This document shows, in pieces, positions 47,742-57,657 of a stretch of DNA of 64,000 nt. Positions within the stretch are counted from its first letter, which is position 1; each line of letters starts with the position of its first letter. The notes below the pieces were generated by a model. The model was given only the letters and a program-made list of their open reading frames with translations, ran no database searches and was not told the origin of the DNA. The DNA comes from an uncultured bacterium. GTDB lineage: Bacteria > Krumholzibacteriota > Krumholzibacteriia > Krumholzibacteriales > Krumholzibacteriaceae. A program made the position numbers and the translations under genes. Location of the stretch: the NCBI GenBank assembly GCA_963786935.1, contig CAWBAN010000004.1:96001-160000 (forward strand). The letters run 5' to 3'.

Positions 47742-47932
47742 GCGGCTCGAAAGAGGCTGTGGCGGGGCGGCATCGGCCGCCCCGCCAACGGCAACTCTCT
47801 CGGGCAGGAGATGCAGCCAAGAGAAGAGAGAAGAATTTGAATAACGAGCTCCGCGGAGTCACAAGCACCCCGAACTGGAGGATGATTCGTTAAGGCGGAT
47901 CAGCCTCTAGTTCGGTTTCTGGAGGTAACAGG

Positions 47933-50900
47933 GTGAGACGGCCATCGACCAGAAGTTCGAGAAGGGGGCAACTCCTTTTCTTGCTTGCGGTTGCGTGGCT
48001 CGCCCTCTTGCCTTCGCTTTCCATGGCCGCCATTCCACCCGCCGGACAGGCAATCACGAGCAGATCGCTCGCGTACTACGAGCGGAGCGGCTCGCGGTGG
48101 AGCGCCTATTCGAACGAAATCACCGTGAACGTTTTGGCCCTGTACGGCCCGGTCGTCGAGCCGAACGGGACGGTTTCCGCGCCGGGCGCCGTCGTCCGCG
48201 CCTTCGCCGGGGAGACGGCGACCTTCGCCTTCAGCCTGAGAAACGCGGGGAACGCGGAAGACGCATTCACCCTGGCGCTCGCGTATCCCGCGCCTTCGGA
48301 CTTCGTTCCGGCGCAGTCGCGCATCTACCTCGACATCGACGGGGACAGCCTCGTCGATCCGGGGGAGCCCGCGGTCACGGATGTCGGATCCCTCGCTTCG
48401 GGCGAGGAGGTCCGGCTCGTCGTTCAGGCCGTGCTTCCCGCCGGCCTCATGGGCGGGGAATCGGCGCACGTCAATCTCGTCGCCCGCTCGCAGGCGGACA
48501 CCTCCGCGTGGGACCGGGACAACGTCGTGAGAATCACGGCCCGCGACGAGGCCGCGGTCTCGCTCGCGCTCGCCGCGGACCGCTCGGCGGCGCTGCCGGG
48601 GGATACGATCGCCTTCACGCTCCAGTTCGCGAACACGGGAGAACGCGCCGCCGCCGGCGTCGTGCCGTCGGCGCCGATCGATCTGGCGGGATCGACGGAG
48701 GGAGCCGACTACGTGAGCGGCTCGGCGGGCTCGTCCGTCGCGGGGAGCTTCGAATACTACGACGCCGCCTCTTCCGCCTGGGTCGCCGCGCCTCCTCCCG
48801 TCGATCGAATCAAGGGCATCCGCCTGCTGGCCGGCGCTCTCGCGCCGGGGGCCGCGGGGAATCTCACGTTCCGGGTGCGTGTGCGGGACGGGAGGGCGGC
48901 GGGCGTCCTGCGCGAAACGGCGGCGGTCGATTACACGGGCGGAAACGCGCAGCCGTACCGTCTCGCGTCGAACGAAGTGACCGTCACCATCGGTCGCGTG
49001 AGCTCGATCGCGATCGGCCCGCGGGGAAATCCGCTGGCCGCCTCGGGAAGCGCCGACGATCGGGTCTTTGCGAACGTCGACGGGAGCAGCGATTCGTATA
49101 CGCTCTGGCATGAGCTCCTGAACGGCGGCAACTTCGCCGACAGCGTGCGCATCGTCCTCGCCGATTCGTCCCTCATCCCGGCCGATTGGGCGATCGAGTT
49201 CGTCGATTCCAACGGCGCGCCGTTTCCGGGCGAGTCCGGGTACCGCGCGGCGGTCGGCACGGTTCCGAGCGGACGCTCGACGATCGTCGGCCTGCGGCTG
49301 AGCGCGACGGCGGAGAGCCTCAGGAGATTCGACGGGCGACAGCTCGTGTTCGCCCTCGAGGCGTCGTCGATCTTCTTCGAGGAGGCGTCGGACCGGGTGG
49401 AGGACGTCCTCGTCAAGGCGAGCATTCCGCTCGTTTCGATCGAGCAGTCGATCCGCGAGCCGACGGCGCAGATCGGCGATATCCTGAGCTTCATCGTGAC
49501 GGTCGAGAACCTGACGGAGGAAACCGCGCTCGACAGCGTCGTCGTGACGGAGGCGCTTTCGCCGGGGCTCGCCTTCGCCGCGGGGAGTCTCGTGCCGCGG
49601 ATCGCGGGGAACGATCTCGAGTGGACGCTCGACGGGCTCGAGCCGGGGGAGCGGCGCGAGATCGTGTTCCGCGCGCGGGTCAAGACGGGGCAGGAGACGG
49701 GGAGGCTCGTGAGCTCGGCGTACGTGCGCGGCGTGACGGATACGGGTGAGCCGGCGTTCGATGGCCCGGCGAGCGCCTCGATCCTCATCGTCGAAGGAAT
49801 ATTCACGCGGCGCGGGATCATCGCGGGCGGCGTGTTCGCGGACGCCGATTCGAACGGCGCCTGGGACGAGGGCGAGCGCGGCGTATGCGGCGTGTCGGTC
49901 TTCATCGACGACGGCACGTACGCGGTGACCGATTCGTTCGGGCTCTATTCGATTCCGGGCGTCGTCGAGGGACGGCACGTCGTGCGGATCGATCCGGCGT
50001 CCGTCCCCGACGGCTTCGAGCCGGGCGCGAGCGGCTTCTACGGGTTCGGCGTCGCCGGCGAGATGCTCGTCGATCTCGCCCCGTCGGGGCACCGGCGCGC
50101 CGATTTCGCGCTCGTCCGGTCGAGCGGCCCGTCACGCGAAGCGGGCGGCGCCGCCGCGGCCGATTCGTCCGCCTCGACGGCGCGCGAGGCGGCCGCCGTC
50201 GCCGCGGCGGAGTCCGGGAGACCGGGGCAGTCGTTCAACGCGATCACCATTCCGAGCTCGCACTTCGAGGCGGGAGAGGCCGCGATCGGAGGCATTCCGC
50301 TGAATCGCGTCGCCGCCCTGTCGCTCTGGATCAAGGATCACCCGGGCTGGAGCATCTACATCGAGGGGCACACCGACAGCATTCCCATCGCGAGCGCCGC
50401 GTATCCGTCGAATCTCGAGCTTTCGATCGCCCGCGCCCGCTCCGTGTTCCAGCTCCTCCGCATGAACGGCATTCCCGAGGAACGCATGGATTACACGGGC
50501 TGCGGCTCGCGGGAGCCGGTCGCGTCGAACGCGGGCGAGGAAGGGCGCGCGCTCAACCGCCGCGTCGAGATACTCATCGTGCCGCCCGCCGATTACACCG
50601 GCGGGGATCCGGGGCTCCCCGAGATCCTCGAGCGCTCCGAGCACAAGGAGTACGCGCTGGCCGATTCGACGGGAATCTGCGCGGGCATCGTCGCGCCGGC
50701 CGAGGGAACGATCTTCTTCTCGCGCGGCGAGATCGACGTCGAAATCGTCTCTCCCCTCGGCTCCGACGTCGAGCTCTACGTGAACGGGCTCCCGGTCGGC
50801 AAGGACCGGATCGGCCTCAAGAAGATCGACATCGCCAGCGGCATCTTCGGCTCGATCTTCTACGGCGTGAAGATCGCCGAGGGCAAGAACGACATCCTCG

Positions 50901-53683
50901 TCGTGTGCCGCGAGTACGGCGGCACGCGCAACACGTGCGTCCGGCACGTCTACCTCGCGGGACAGCCGAAGCTCATCACGCCGGAGCGCGAGATCGTCAC
51001 GCTCCCCGCCGACGGCAAGACGGCGGGCGAGATCGTCTTCCTCGTGAGCGACGGGAACGGGCTCCCGGTCCGCGACGGCATTTTCGTCACGGTGACCGGC
51101 GCCGAGGATATCGTCGCGGGTCTCGACGCGAATCCGCAGGTGCAGGGCATCCAGGCGGCGACCGCCAACGGCCGCGTCATCGTCGCGCTCCCGCCGATGC
51201 GCGATTCGCGGAAAGAGCGGATCGGCGTGGCGCTGAACGGCGTCTCAGCCGGCGCCCGCGCCGTGTACGAAGCGCCGCTCCGGAACTGGTTCCTCTTCGG
51301 CCACGGCGAAGCGGAGCTCGGCTACAGCGATCTCACCGGAACGGGGAGCACGGAGCGCCTGATGGAAACGCAGCACGACGGCGCGTTCGTGGACGGAAAG
51401 CTCTCGTTCTACGGACAGGGCGAGATCAGGAGCGGGCATCTGCTCACGTGCGCCGTCGACACGCGGCCGGTCAAGGACGACATGCTCTTCAGGCGCATCG
51501 ATCCCGAGAAATACTATCCGATATACGGCGACGCGAGCGAGCTCAGGTTCAACGCCGCCTCGCGGAGCGGCACGTTCCTGCGGCTCGATCACCGCAGATA
51601 CGCGGCGATGCTCGGCGATTTCCGGACCGATTTCAGCGAGGCCGAGTTCACGAAATATCATCGCTCGTTCAACGGCGTCTCGGGAGAGGCGCGGTTTTCG
51701 CAGGGTGACGTGAAGGCGTTCGTCACGAAGGCCGATCAGGTTACCTATCAGGAGGAGTTCCGCGCCGAGGGGACGAGCGGCTTCTATTTCCTCTCCCACT
51801 ATCCGCTCGTCGAGAACAGCGAGAAGATCCGCGTCGAGGTGCGCGACCGGTACCGCTCCGAGCGCATCGTCCGCGTCGACTACAAGCTCGTCGAGCGCGA
51901 CTACGACATCAACTACATGGACGGGAGCATTCTCTTCAAAGAGAGCGTCCCCGCCTTCGACGAGAACCTGAATCCCGTGACGATCGTCGTGAGCTACGAA
52001 TGCCGCGGCGCCGGCGACAACAACTTCATCTACGGGTTCCGGTCGGCGGTGGGAGTGGCGGACAGTCTCGAGCTCGGGACGACCGCGGTGCTCGAGCAGG
52101 AGGGCGTGGAGAACTACACGCTCCTCGGATTCGATCTCGCGGGCCGGGTTTTCGAGGGGCTCGCGGTCGAGGGAGAGTTCGCGCACAGCGAGAAGTTCCT
52201 CCTCGGCGGCGGCACGGCGTTCCGCGTTCTCCTGCGGGACGAGGGGACCGGCGCCGTCCGGTGGAACGCGTACTACCGCGCGATCGACGAGAGCTTCTTC
52301 AACTCCTCGTTCTCGGGCGGCAAGACGGAGCTCGGGAGCGTCAAGATCGGCGGCGAGCTCGATTGGCGGCTGAACCGGGGATTCGGGGCGAGCGCGCAGG
52401 CGTACCGCCACACGTATCAGGAGCGGGACGAGCGGAAGGACTACGCGGATCTCGTGGCGCGGTACGCGGCCGGCGTTCTCGAATGGCGGGCGGGCTTCGC
52501 CGCGGCCGGCCACAGCGACACGCGCGACGGGGATCAGGCGTCGGTGCTCATGCTCACCGGCGTCTCGTACAAGAACGCGGGGACCACGGCGGAGGCCGGA
52601 TGGGATCAGATCCTCGCGGGGGACGAGGTCGACGATTACCCGAACCGGCTCCAGGCGAAGTTCTCGAAGCGTGTCTGGCGCGGCGTCGCGGCGGCGCTCA
52701 AGTACGAGTACCGCACCGGCAGCCGCTCGGGAACGCGGCACTTCACCCAGATCGGGCTCGAATCGAATATCACCGAGAGCATGCAGGCGTACACGCGGTA
52801 TCAGGTCGACGGCGCGATGGGGGGCCAGCGCGGCCAGGCGACGATGGGGATCAGAAACCGGTTCGTCCTCGCCGCGGATCTCACCGGGACCGTCGCGGTG
52901 GAAAAGCTCGCGACGGTGAGCGGGAACGCGGCGGAGGATTACCTGTCGATTTCGACCGGCGCGCTGTACACGCCGGCGCATAAGGATTATCGCGTGAAGG
53001 GGAACTACGAGATCAGGATCGAGCCGCTGCGCGCCAAGCACCTCGCCGAGCTCGCGGCGATCAAGCGCCTGAGCGAGCGGTGGAGCGCCATCGTGAAGGG
53101 GGATCTCTGGTTCTCCGACGAGGAGATCGAGAACAACCACGTCAAGGGGAGCTCGACGATCGGGATCGCCGTGCGGCCGCATTCCTCGCGGACGGTCGAG
53201 GTCCTCTCCCTCGTCAAGACGGCGTACGAGAAGAACAGCCCCGCGCATCCGGAAGCGGTCGACAAGGAGAACCTCGCGTCGATCGAGGCGACGTGGACGC
53301 CGAGCCCGGCGTGGGAGCTCGAGGGCAAGGTCGCGGCGCGCCGGATCGAAAACTCGTTCAGGGACTACTCGGCGGACGCGTCGGCGTTCCTGTATCAGGT
53401 GCAGGCGATCCGCGTGATCGCGCGGAAGTGGGACGTCGCACTCAAGGCGCGCTTCGTGCATCAGAACGAGACGGCGACGACGAGCTACGGCGGAGGCCTC
53501 GAGCTCGGCCGTCTCGTCACCGGCAACCTGTGGGTCGGCGCGGGATACGATTTCGGGGGACACGAGGATCCCGACGCGCCGGTCAACGGCTTCGAGCGCA
53601 GGGGATTCCATTTCGGCATGAGGCTCAAGTTCAACGAGAAGATCCTCGAGTACTGGGACGGCGGCAGGGAGGTCGGCGAATGA
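47933..53683 (+). CDS. Large outer-membrane protein: Ig/DUF11 repeats, SdrD-B-like domain, OmpA-like domain and C-terminal beta-barrel (gene C; putative base/usher)
   Basis: GGAGG RBS and GTG; GGVFADADSNGAWDEGE; IEGHTDS..NLELSIARA..NRRVEI; about 800 aa of amphipathic strands ending GFHFGMRLKF. Confidence 0.82.
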   Translation: MRRPSTRSSRRGQLLFLLAVAWLALLPSLSMAAIPPAGQAITSRSLAYYERSGSRWSAYSNEITVNVLALYGPVVEPNGTVSAPGAVVRAFAGETATFAFSLRNAGNAEDAFTLALAYPAPSDFVPAQSRIYLDIDGDSLVDPGEPAVTDVGSLASGEEVRLVVQAVLPAGLMGGESAHVNLVARSQADTSAWDRDNVVRITARDEAAVSLALAADRSAALPGDTIAFTLQFANTGERAAAGVVPSAPIDLAGSTEGADYVSGSAGSSVAGSFEYYDAASSAWVAAPPPVDRIKGIRLLAGALAPGAAGNLTFRVRVRDGRAAGVLRETAAVDYTGGNAQPYRLASNEVTVTIGRVSSIAIGPRGNPLAASGSADDRVFANVDGSSDSYTLWHELLNGGNFADSVRIVLADSSLIPADWAIEFVDSNGAPFPGESGYRAAVGTVPSGRSTIVGLRLSATAESLRRFDGRQLVFALEASSIFFEEASDRVEDVLVKASIPLVSIEQSIREPTAQIGDILSFIVTVENLTEETALDSVVVTEALSPGLAFAAGSLVPRIAGNDLEWTLDGLEPGERREIVFRARVKTGQETGRLVSSAYVRGVTDTGEPAFDGPASASILIVEGIFTRRGIIAGGVFADADSNGAWDEGERGVCGVSVFIDDGTYAVTDSFGLYSIPGVVEGRHVVRIDPASVPDGFEPGASGFYGFGVAGEMLVDLAPSGHRRADFALVRSSGPSREAGGAAAADSSASTAREAAAVAAAESGRPGQSFNAITIPSSHFEAGEAAIGGIPLNRVAALSLWIKDHPGWSIYIEGHTDSIPIASAAYPSNLELSIARARSVFQLLRMNGIPEERMDYTGCGSREPVASNAGEEGRALNRRVEILIVPPADYTGGDPGLPEILERSEHKEYALADSTGICAGIVAPAEGTIFFSRGEIDVEIVSPLGSDVELYVNGLPVGKDRIGLKKIDIASGIFGSIFYGVKIAEGKNDILVVCREYGGTRNTCVRHVYLAGQPKLITPEREIVTLPADGKTAGEIVFLVSDGNGLPVRDGIFVTVTGAEDIVAGLDANPQVQGIQAATANGRVIVALPPMRDSRKERIGVALNGVSAGARAVYEAPLRNWFLFGHGEAELGYSDLTGTGSTERLMETQHDGAFVDGKLSFYGQGEIRSGHLLTCAVDTRPVKDDMLFRRIDPEKYYPIYGDASELRFNAASRSGTFLRLDHRRYAAMLGDFRTDFSEAEFTKYHRSFNGVSGEARFSQGDVKAFVTKADQVTYQEEFRAEGTSGFYFLSHYPLVENSEKIRVEVRDRYRSERIVRVDYKLVERDYDINYMDGSILFKESVPAFDENLNPVTIVVSYECRGAGDNNFIYGFRSAVGVADSLELGTTAVLEQEGVENYTLLGFDLAGRVFEGLAVEGEFAHSEKFLLGGGTAFRVLLRDEGTGAVRWNAYYRAIDESFFNSSFSGGKTELGSVKIGGELDWRLNRGFGASAQAYRHTYQERDERKDYADLVARYAAGVLEWRAGFAAAGHSDTRDGDQASVLMLTGVSYKNAGTTAEAGWDQILAGDEVDDYPNRLQAKFSKRVWRGVAAALKYEYRTGSRSGTRHFTQIGLESNITESMQAYTRYQVDGAMGGQRGQATMGIRNRFVLAADLTGTVAVEKLATVSGNAAEDYLSISTGALYTPAHKDYRVKGNYEIRIEPLRAKHLAELAAIKRLSERWSAIVKGDLWFSDEEIENNHVKGSSTIGIAVRPHSSRTVEVLSLVKTAYEKNSPAHPEAVDKENLASIEATWTPSPAWELEGKVAARRIENSFRDYSADASAFLYQVQAIRVIARKWDVALKARFVHQNETATTSYGGGLELGRLVTGNLWVGAGYDFGGHEDPDAPVNGFERRGFHFGMRLKFNEKILEYWDGGREVGE

Positions 53684-56600
53684 CGGCACGGCGCATCATG
53701 ACGATCCTCGCCGCCGCGGCGCTCGTGCTGTGCGTCCGGCCGGGCCCCGCGCGCGCCGGCGAGCTCGTGCAGAACGGCGGCTTCGAGACGGGCGGCTTCT
53801 CCGGCGGATGGGTCGACGGCGCGGGGCAGCTCTCGAGCGGGCAGACGAATCCGGCCTGGGCGGACCACCTGGTGACGCTCGATCTCCCGTTCGCTGGCAA
53901 CTACTCGGCGCTGATCGGATTCAAGTACGCGCAGATTCGAGGGAACCGGTTCGGATTCATCTATCAGGACGTAGCGATCCCGTCGAACGTCTCGCGCGCG
54001 GACCTCTTCTTCAAGTTCCGCCAGCAGGGCTGGGACGGCAACTTCTACGATCCGTTCCGCATGCAGATCCGCGCCACGAACAACGCGGTTCTCGCGACGG
54101 TGATCGAATACTCGTTCGCCGAGGCGAACCATCTCTTCAAGGATTCGGGCTGGCTCGACGACAACAACGCCGTGCCCGTCGGCTATTCGATGACCGCCTA
54201 CGCGGGGCAGACGGTGCGGCTGTACTTCTATCAGGAGAACAGCTTCAACAACTTCTACGAGACGTGGACGTACATCGACGACGTCTCGCTCGTCTTCCGG
54301 CGGTGGGTCGACCTCGCCGTCGACGGAAACGGAAACGACCTCTTCGGCGCCGCGGGGACCGGCGCCGGCGGCTCCTCGATCAAGAGCGCCGAGCAAGGGG
54401 AGACGCTCTCCTATATAATGGATATAGAGAACGAGGGGCCCGACGGCGATTCCTACCGTCTCACGGCGAATCCTCCCGCCGGCTGGACGGCGTCCATCCG
54501 CTACAACGGCACGATCTATCCCTTCCCGTGGAATTCGCCCGTGATCCCCGCCGGCTCGAAGATCCAGGCGGAAGTCGTGCTGACCGTTCCTTTCGGCGCG
54601 GCGGTGAACGGCTACTCGACGATCGTCGACGCGGTCTCGAGAAATTTCGCGAACCGCTACGACAGCGTCCGGCTCGGCACGAACGTCGTGCCCGCCGATT
54701 TCCTCGCCGACGCGATCATCGACGCGAACGGGTTCGGCGTGATCGATCCGGCGGGCGGGGGCGGCATCGCGTACCGCGAGGCGGTTCCGGGCGCGCAGGC
54801 GAGCTACGTGCTCGAGGTGTTCAACGAGGGCGTTCAGGCCGATTCCTTCCGGATCCGCTGGAGCGCGGCGGCGCCCCTCACGATCGCCGTGCTCGACGGC
54901 GGCACGGTCCGCGCGCGGGCCTTCAGCACGGCGCTCGTCCCGAGCATGGGCTCCGTGTCGTTCACGGTGCGGGCGACGGTCCCGGCGTCGACCCTCGGCG
55001 GCGACTACACGAGCATCGTGTACGCGACGTCGCTCACCGACACGCTCAAGCGGGACGCCGTGCGCGCGGTCACGCGCGTCCTGGCGCCGAAGGTCGACAT
55101 GATCATCGGCGGGAGCGGCGACGGCATCATCGACGCGACCGGCGCCGGCCTCGGCGGCGCCACGACCGTCGCGGCGGGAGTGGGAACGACCATCTCGTTC
55201 CCCTTCATTCTCCAGAACGAGGGGGCCGTCGCCGATTCCTTCACGCTCTCCTGGACGAGCCCGGGCGCCGGCTGGACCGCGCGCGTCAACGACGGCGCCG
55301 CGGACCACGCGCTCACCTGGCGGACGCCGACGATGGCGCCGTTCAGCGCGCGCAATCTCGTGCTCATGGTGACGGTGCCGGCGGGGGCGTCGTACGACAC
55401 CTACAAATCGATTCTCAACGCCGTTTCGTCGGTTTCGGCGCCCGCGCGCGAGAGCGTCACGGCCTCGATATCCGTCTCGAGCGGAAACGAAATCGATCTC
55501 ATCATCGACGGGAACGGGGACAACGTCTACGGGTACCTCGGCACGGCGCTCGGCGGAAGCTCGGTCAAAACGGCTACGCCGGGGGACACGGTCACGTTCG
55601 CGATCGCCGTCCAGAACGAGTCGGGGGAGAATCTCTTCGACATCTGGTGGAACGGTCCCCCCGGATGGGACGTCCTCATCGGGGACTCCACGTCGACGAT
55701 GCGCCGCGTGACGGCGGGGCTCTACACGCTGACCGTGCGCGTTCCGGCCGGCTGCGCGGGAGGGACGTTCGACGTCGTCGTCGACGGCGTGAAGACGAAC
55801 AAACGGTATTACGTCGACAGCGTGCGGGGCCGCCTCGTCGTCTCGGCGCCGCGCGTCGTCGACGCCCTCATCGACGGGAACGGCGACGGAGCGTTCGGCG
55901 GGACGGGGACCGGCGCCGGCGGCTCTTCCTCGCAGACGACGACCGCCGGGAGAACGGTGCGATTCACCGTCGAGCTCCAGAACCAGGGGAGCGCGCCGGA
56001 GAGCTACCGGGTGAGCTGGAACACGATCCCCGATTACATCGCCACGCTGCAGGGATACGCGTCGCCGTACCTGACGGCTTCCGTCGCGCCGGGCGGGGCG
56101 GCGCTCCTCAGCTTCGCCGTGCGGGTTCCCTACACGGCGGCGGCGGGGGATCTCGACTACGTCCTCGACGTCGTTTCGACGATCGACACGGGCAACGTCG
56201 AGAGCGTGCGCGCGCGCGTTCACGTCAATCCCCCGCCGCGCGCCGACCTCGTGATCAACGGGGACGGCGCGTTCGATTCGGCGCCTCCGGGCTCGGGGGA
56301 CGGGGGACGGGCGCTCGTGTTCGGGAGCCCCGGCACCGAGGTGACCGCCGTGCTCGAGCTCTGGAACCGCGGCGGGTTCGCCGATTCGTTCCGCGTCACG
56401 TGGAGCCCGCCCGCCGGGTGGCCCGCCGGTTCGGTCGTGCTCTCGGACGGCTCGGGGGATCACGCGTCCCCGTACCTCGTCGGCGTCATCGATCCGGGCG
56501 AATCCCGGGTGTTCACCGTGCGCGTGTTCATCCCCGCCGGCGCCGCGCTGCGGACGCCGATCATCATCGACGGCATCGCGCTGTCGCGCGATCTCGAGGA

Positions 56601-57657
56601 CTCGGTGACCCTCGAGGCCGCGATCAGCTCGTTCGTCACGGGCGTCGTGTTCAACGACAAGGATCATGACGGGGCTCTGGACGCGGGCGAAGAGGGATGG
56701 ATCGGCGTCACGGTGACCCTCTCCGATCCGGGCGGCCCGCTCGTCCGGCAGACGGACGGATCGAGCTCCTATCTCTTCGAGGTGCCGGCCGGCGTCGCGC
56801 GCGAGCTCGCGGAGACGACTCCCGTCGGCATGATCTCGCTTTCGCCGGACGTCGTTTCGCTCCCGGCCCCCGCTCCCGGAGAAACGCTCCGCGTCGATTT
56901 CGCGGACGTCCGGGTGCCGGCGATCGCGCCGGCGAACAACCTGAGCTGTCCGGCGGGAAGCTTCGTCGATTTCCCGCATGTGATCACGGCGGGAACGGGC
57001 GGGCAGGCCGCGGTCGCCGCAACGCTGCCCGCCGGGTGGATCGAAGCCTTCTACCGGGACAACGACGGAAGCGGCACGATGAGCGCGGGCGATTCACTGC
57101 TCACCGCCGCGGACCTCGCGCTCGATCCCGATTCGGCGCGATTCGCGGCGGTGCCGATCGTCATGCGCGTCTTCGTGCCGGCGCAGACGAGCGCGGGGAC
57201 GCTCGCTTCGATCCCCGTCACGCTGCGCCAGACGCTTTCGGGCACGGCGATCGAGGTGGAGGTCACCGTCCTCGACCGGCTCCTCGTGCTCGCGCAGGCG
57301 AGCGGCCTGCTCAATCTCGCCAAAGTCGTGGATCTCGCCGAGGCGCATCCGGGCGACACCATGACCTACTCGATCACGTTCTCCAATCCCGGCACGGAAG
57401 GAGTACGAGAGATCGAGATCATCGATCCGCTGTCGTCGTCGGTCGATCTCGTTCAGGGAGCGTTCGGGCCCGGCAGGGACGTCGAGTGGTTGAAGGACGG
57501 CGTCCCGGTCTATCTCACCGCCGACCCGCTGGACGCCGACGAGGCGATGTACGTGGCGGCCGACGGCACCCTGCGCGTGATCCTCTCGAGGCTCGCGCTC
57601 TACACGCTCGAAAGCGGCGCGACGGGACGAATCACGTATCGAGTCAGGATCCGCTGA
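53680..57657 (+). CDS. Secreted protein: N-terminal CBM-like domain, Ig repeats, SdrD-B-like domain and C-terminal DUF11 (gene D; putative tip adhesin)
   Basis: ATGA overlap with gene C; signal peptide; ELVQNGGFETG..W..YIDDVSL; repeated D(L/A)(I/A)(I/V)DGNG; LAKVV..PGDTMTY..IIDPL..ITYRVRIR. Confidence 0.8.
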   Translation: MTARRIMTILAAAALVLCVRPGPARAGELVQNGGFETGGFSGGWVDGAGQLSSGQTNPAWADHLVTLDLPFAGNYSALIGFKYAQIRGNRFGFIYQDVAIPSNVSRADLFFKFRQQGWDGNFYDPFRMQIRATNNAVLATVIEYSFAEANHLFKDSGWLDDNNAVPVGYSMTAYAGQTVRLYFYQENSFNNFYETWTYIDDVSLVFRRWVDLAVDGNGNDLFGAAGTGAGGSSIKSAEQGETLSYIMDIENEGPDGDSYRLTANPPAGWTASIRYNGTIYPFPWNSPVIPAGSKIQAEVVLTVPFGAAVNGYSTIVDAVSRNFANRYDSVRLGTNVVPADFLADAIIDANGFGVIDPAGGGGIAYREAVPGAQASYVLEVFNEGVQADSFRIRWSAAAPLTIAVLDGGTVRARAFSTALVPSMGSVSFTVRATVPASTLGGDYTSIVYATSLTDTLKRDAVRAVTRVLAPKVDMIIGGSGDGIIDATGAGLGGATTVAAGVGTTISFPFILQNEGAVADSFTLSWTSPGAGWTARVNDGAADHALTWRTPTMAPFSARNLVLMVTVPAGASYDTYKSILNAVSSVSAPARESVTASISVSSGNEIDLIIDGNGDNVYGYLGTALGGSSVKTATPGDTVTFAIAVQNESGENLFDIWWNGPPGWDVLIGDSTSTMRRVTAGLYTLTVRVPAGCAGGTFDVVVDGVKTNKRYYVDSVRGRLVVSAPRVVDALIDGNGDGAFGGTGTGAGGSSSQTTTAGRTVRFTVELQNQGSAPESYRVSWNTIPDYIATLQGYASPYLTASVAPGGAALLSFAVRVPYTAAAGDLDYVLDVVSTIDTGNVESVRARVHVNPPPRADLVINGDGAFDSAPPGSGDGGRALVFGSPGTEVTAVLELWNRGGFADSFRVTWSPPAGWPAGSVVLSDGSGDHASPYLVGVIDPGESRVFTVRVFIPAGAALRTPIIIDGIALSRDLEDSVTLEAAISSFVTGVVFNDKDHDGALDAGEEGWIGVTVTLSDPGGPLVRQTDGSSSYLFEVPAGVARELAETTPVGMISLSPDVVSLPAPAPGETLRVDFADVRVPAIAPANNLSCPAGSFVDFPHVITAGTGGQAAVAATLPAGWIEAFYRDNDGSGTMSAGDSLLTAADLALDPDSARFAAVPIVMRVFVPAQTSAGTLASIPVTLRQTLSGTAIEVEVTVLDRLLVLAQASGLLNLAKVVDLAEAHPGDTMTYSITFSNPGTEGVREIEIIDPLSSSVDLVQGAFGPGRDVEWLKDGVPVYLTADPLDADEAMYVAADGTLRVILSRLALYTLESGATGRITYRVRIR

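Noticed and set aside
44503..57657. Classical chaperone-usher, type IV, type V or sortase pilus assignment
   Set aside because: No recognisable PapD/PapC motifs, prepilin cleavage site, lipoprotein pilin signal or LPxTG/sortase.
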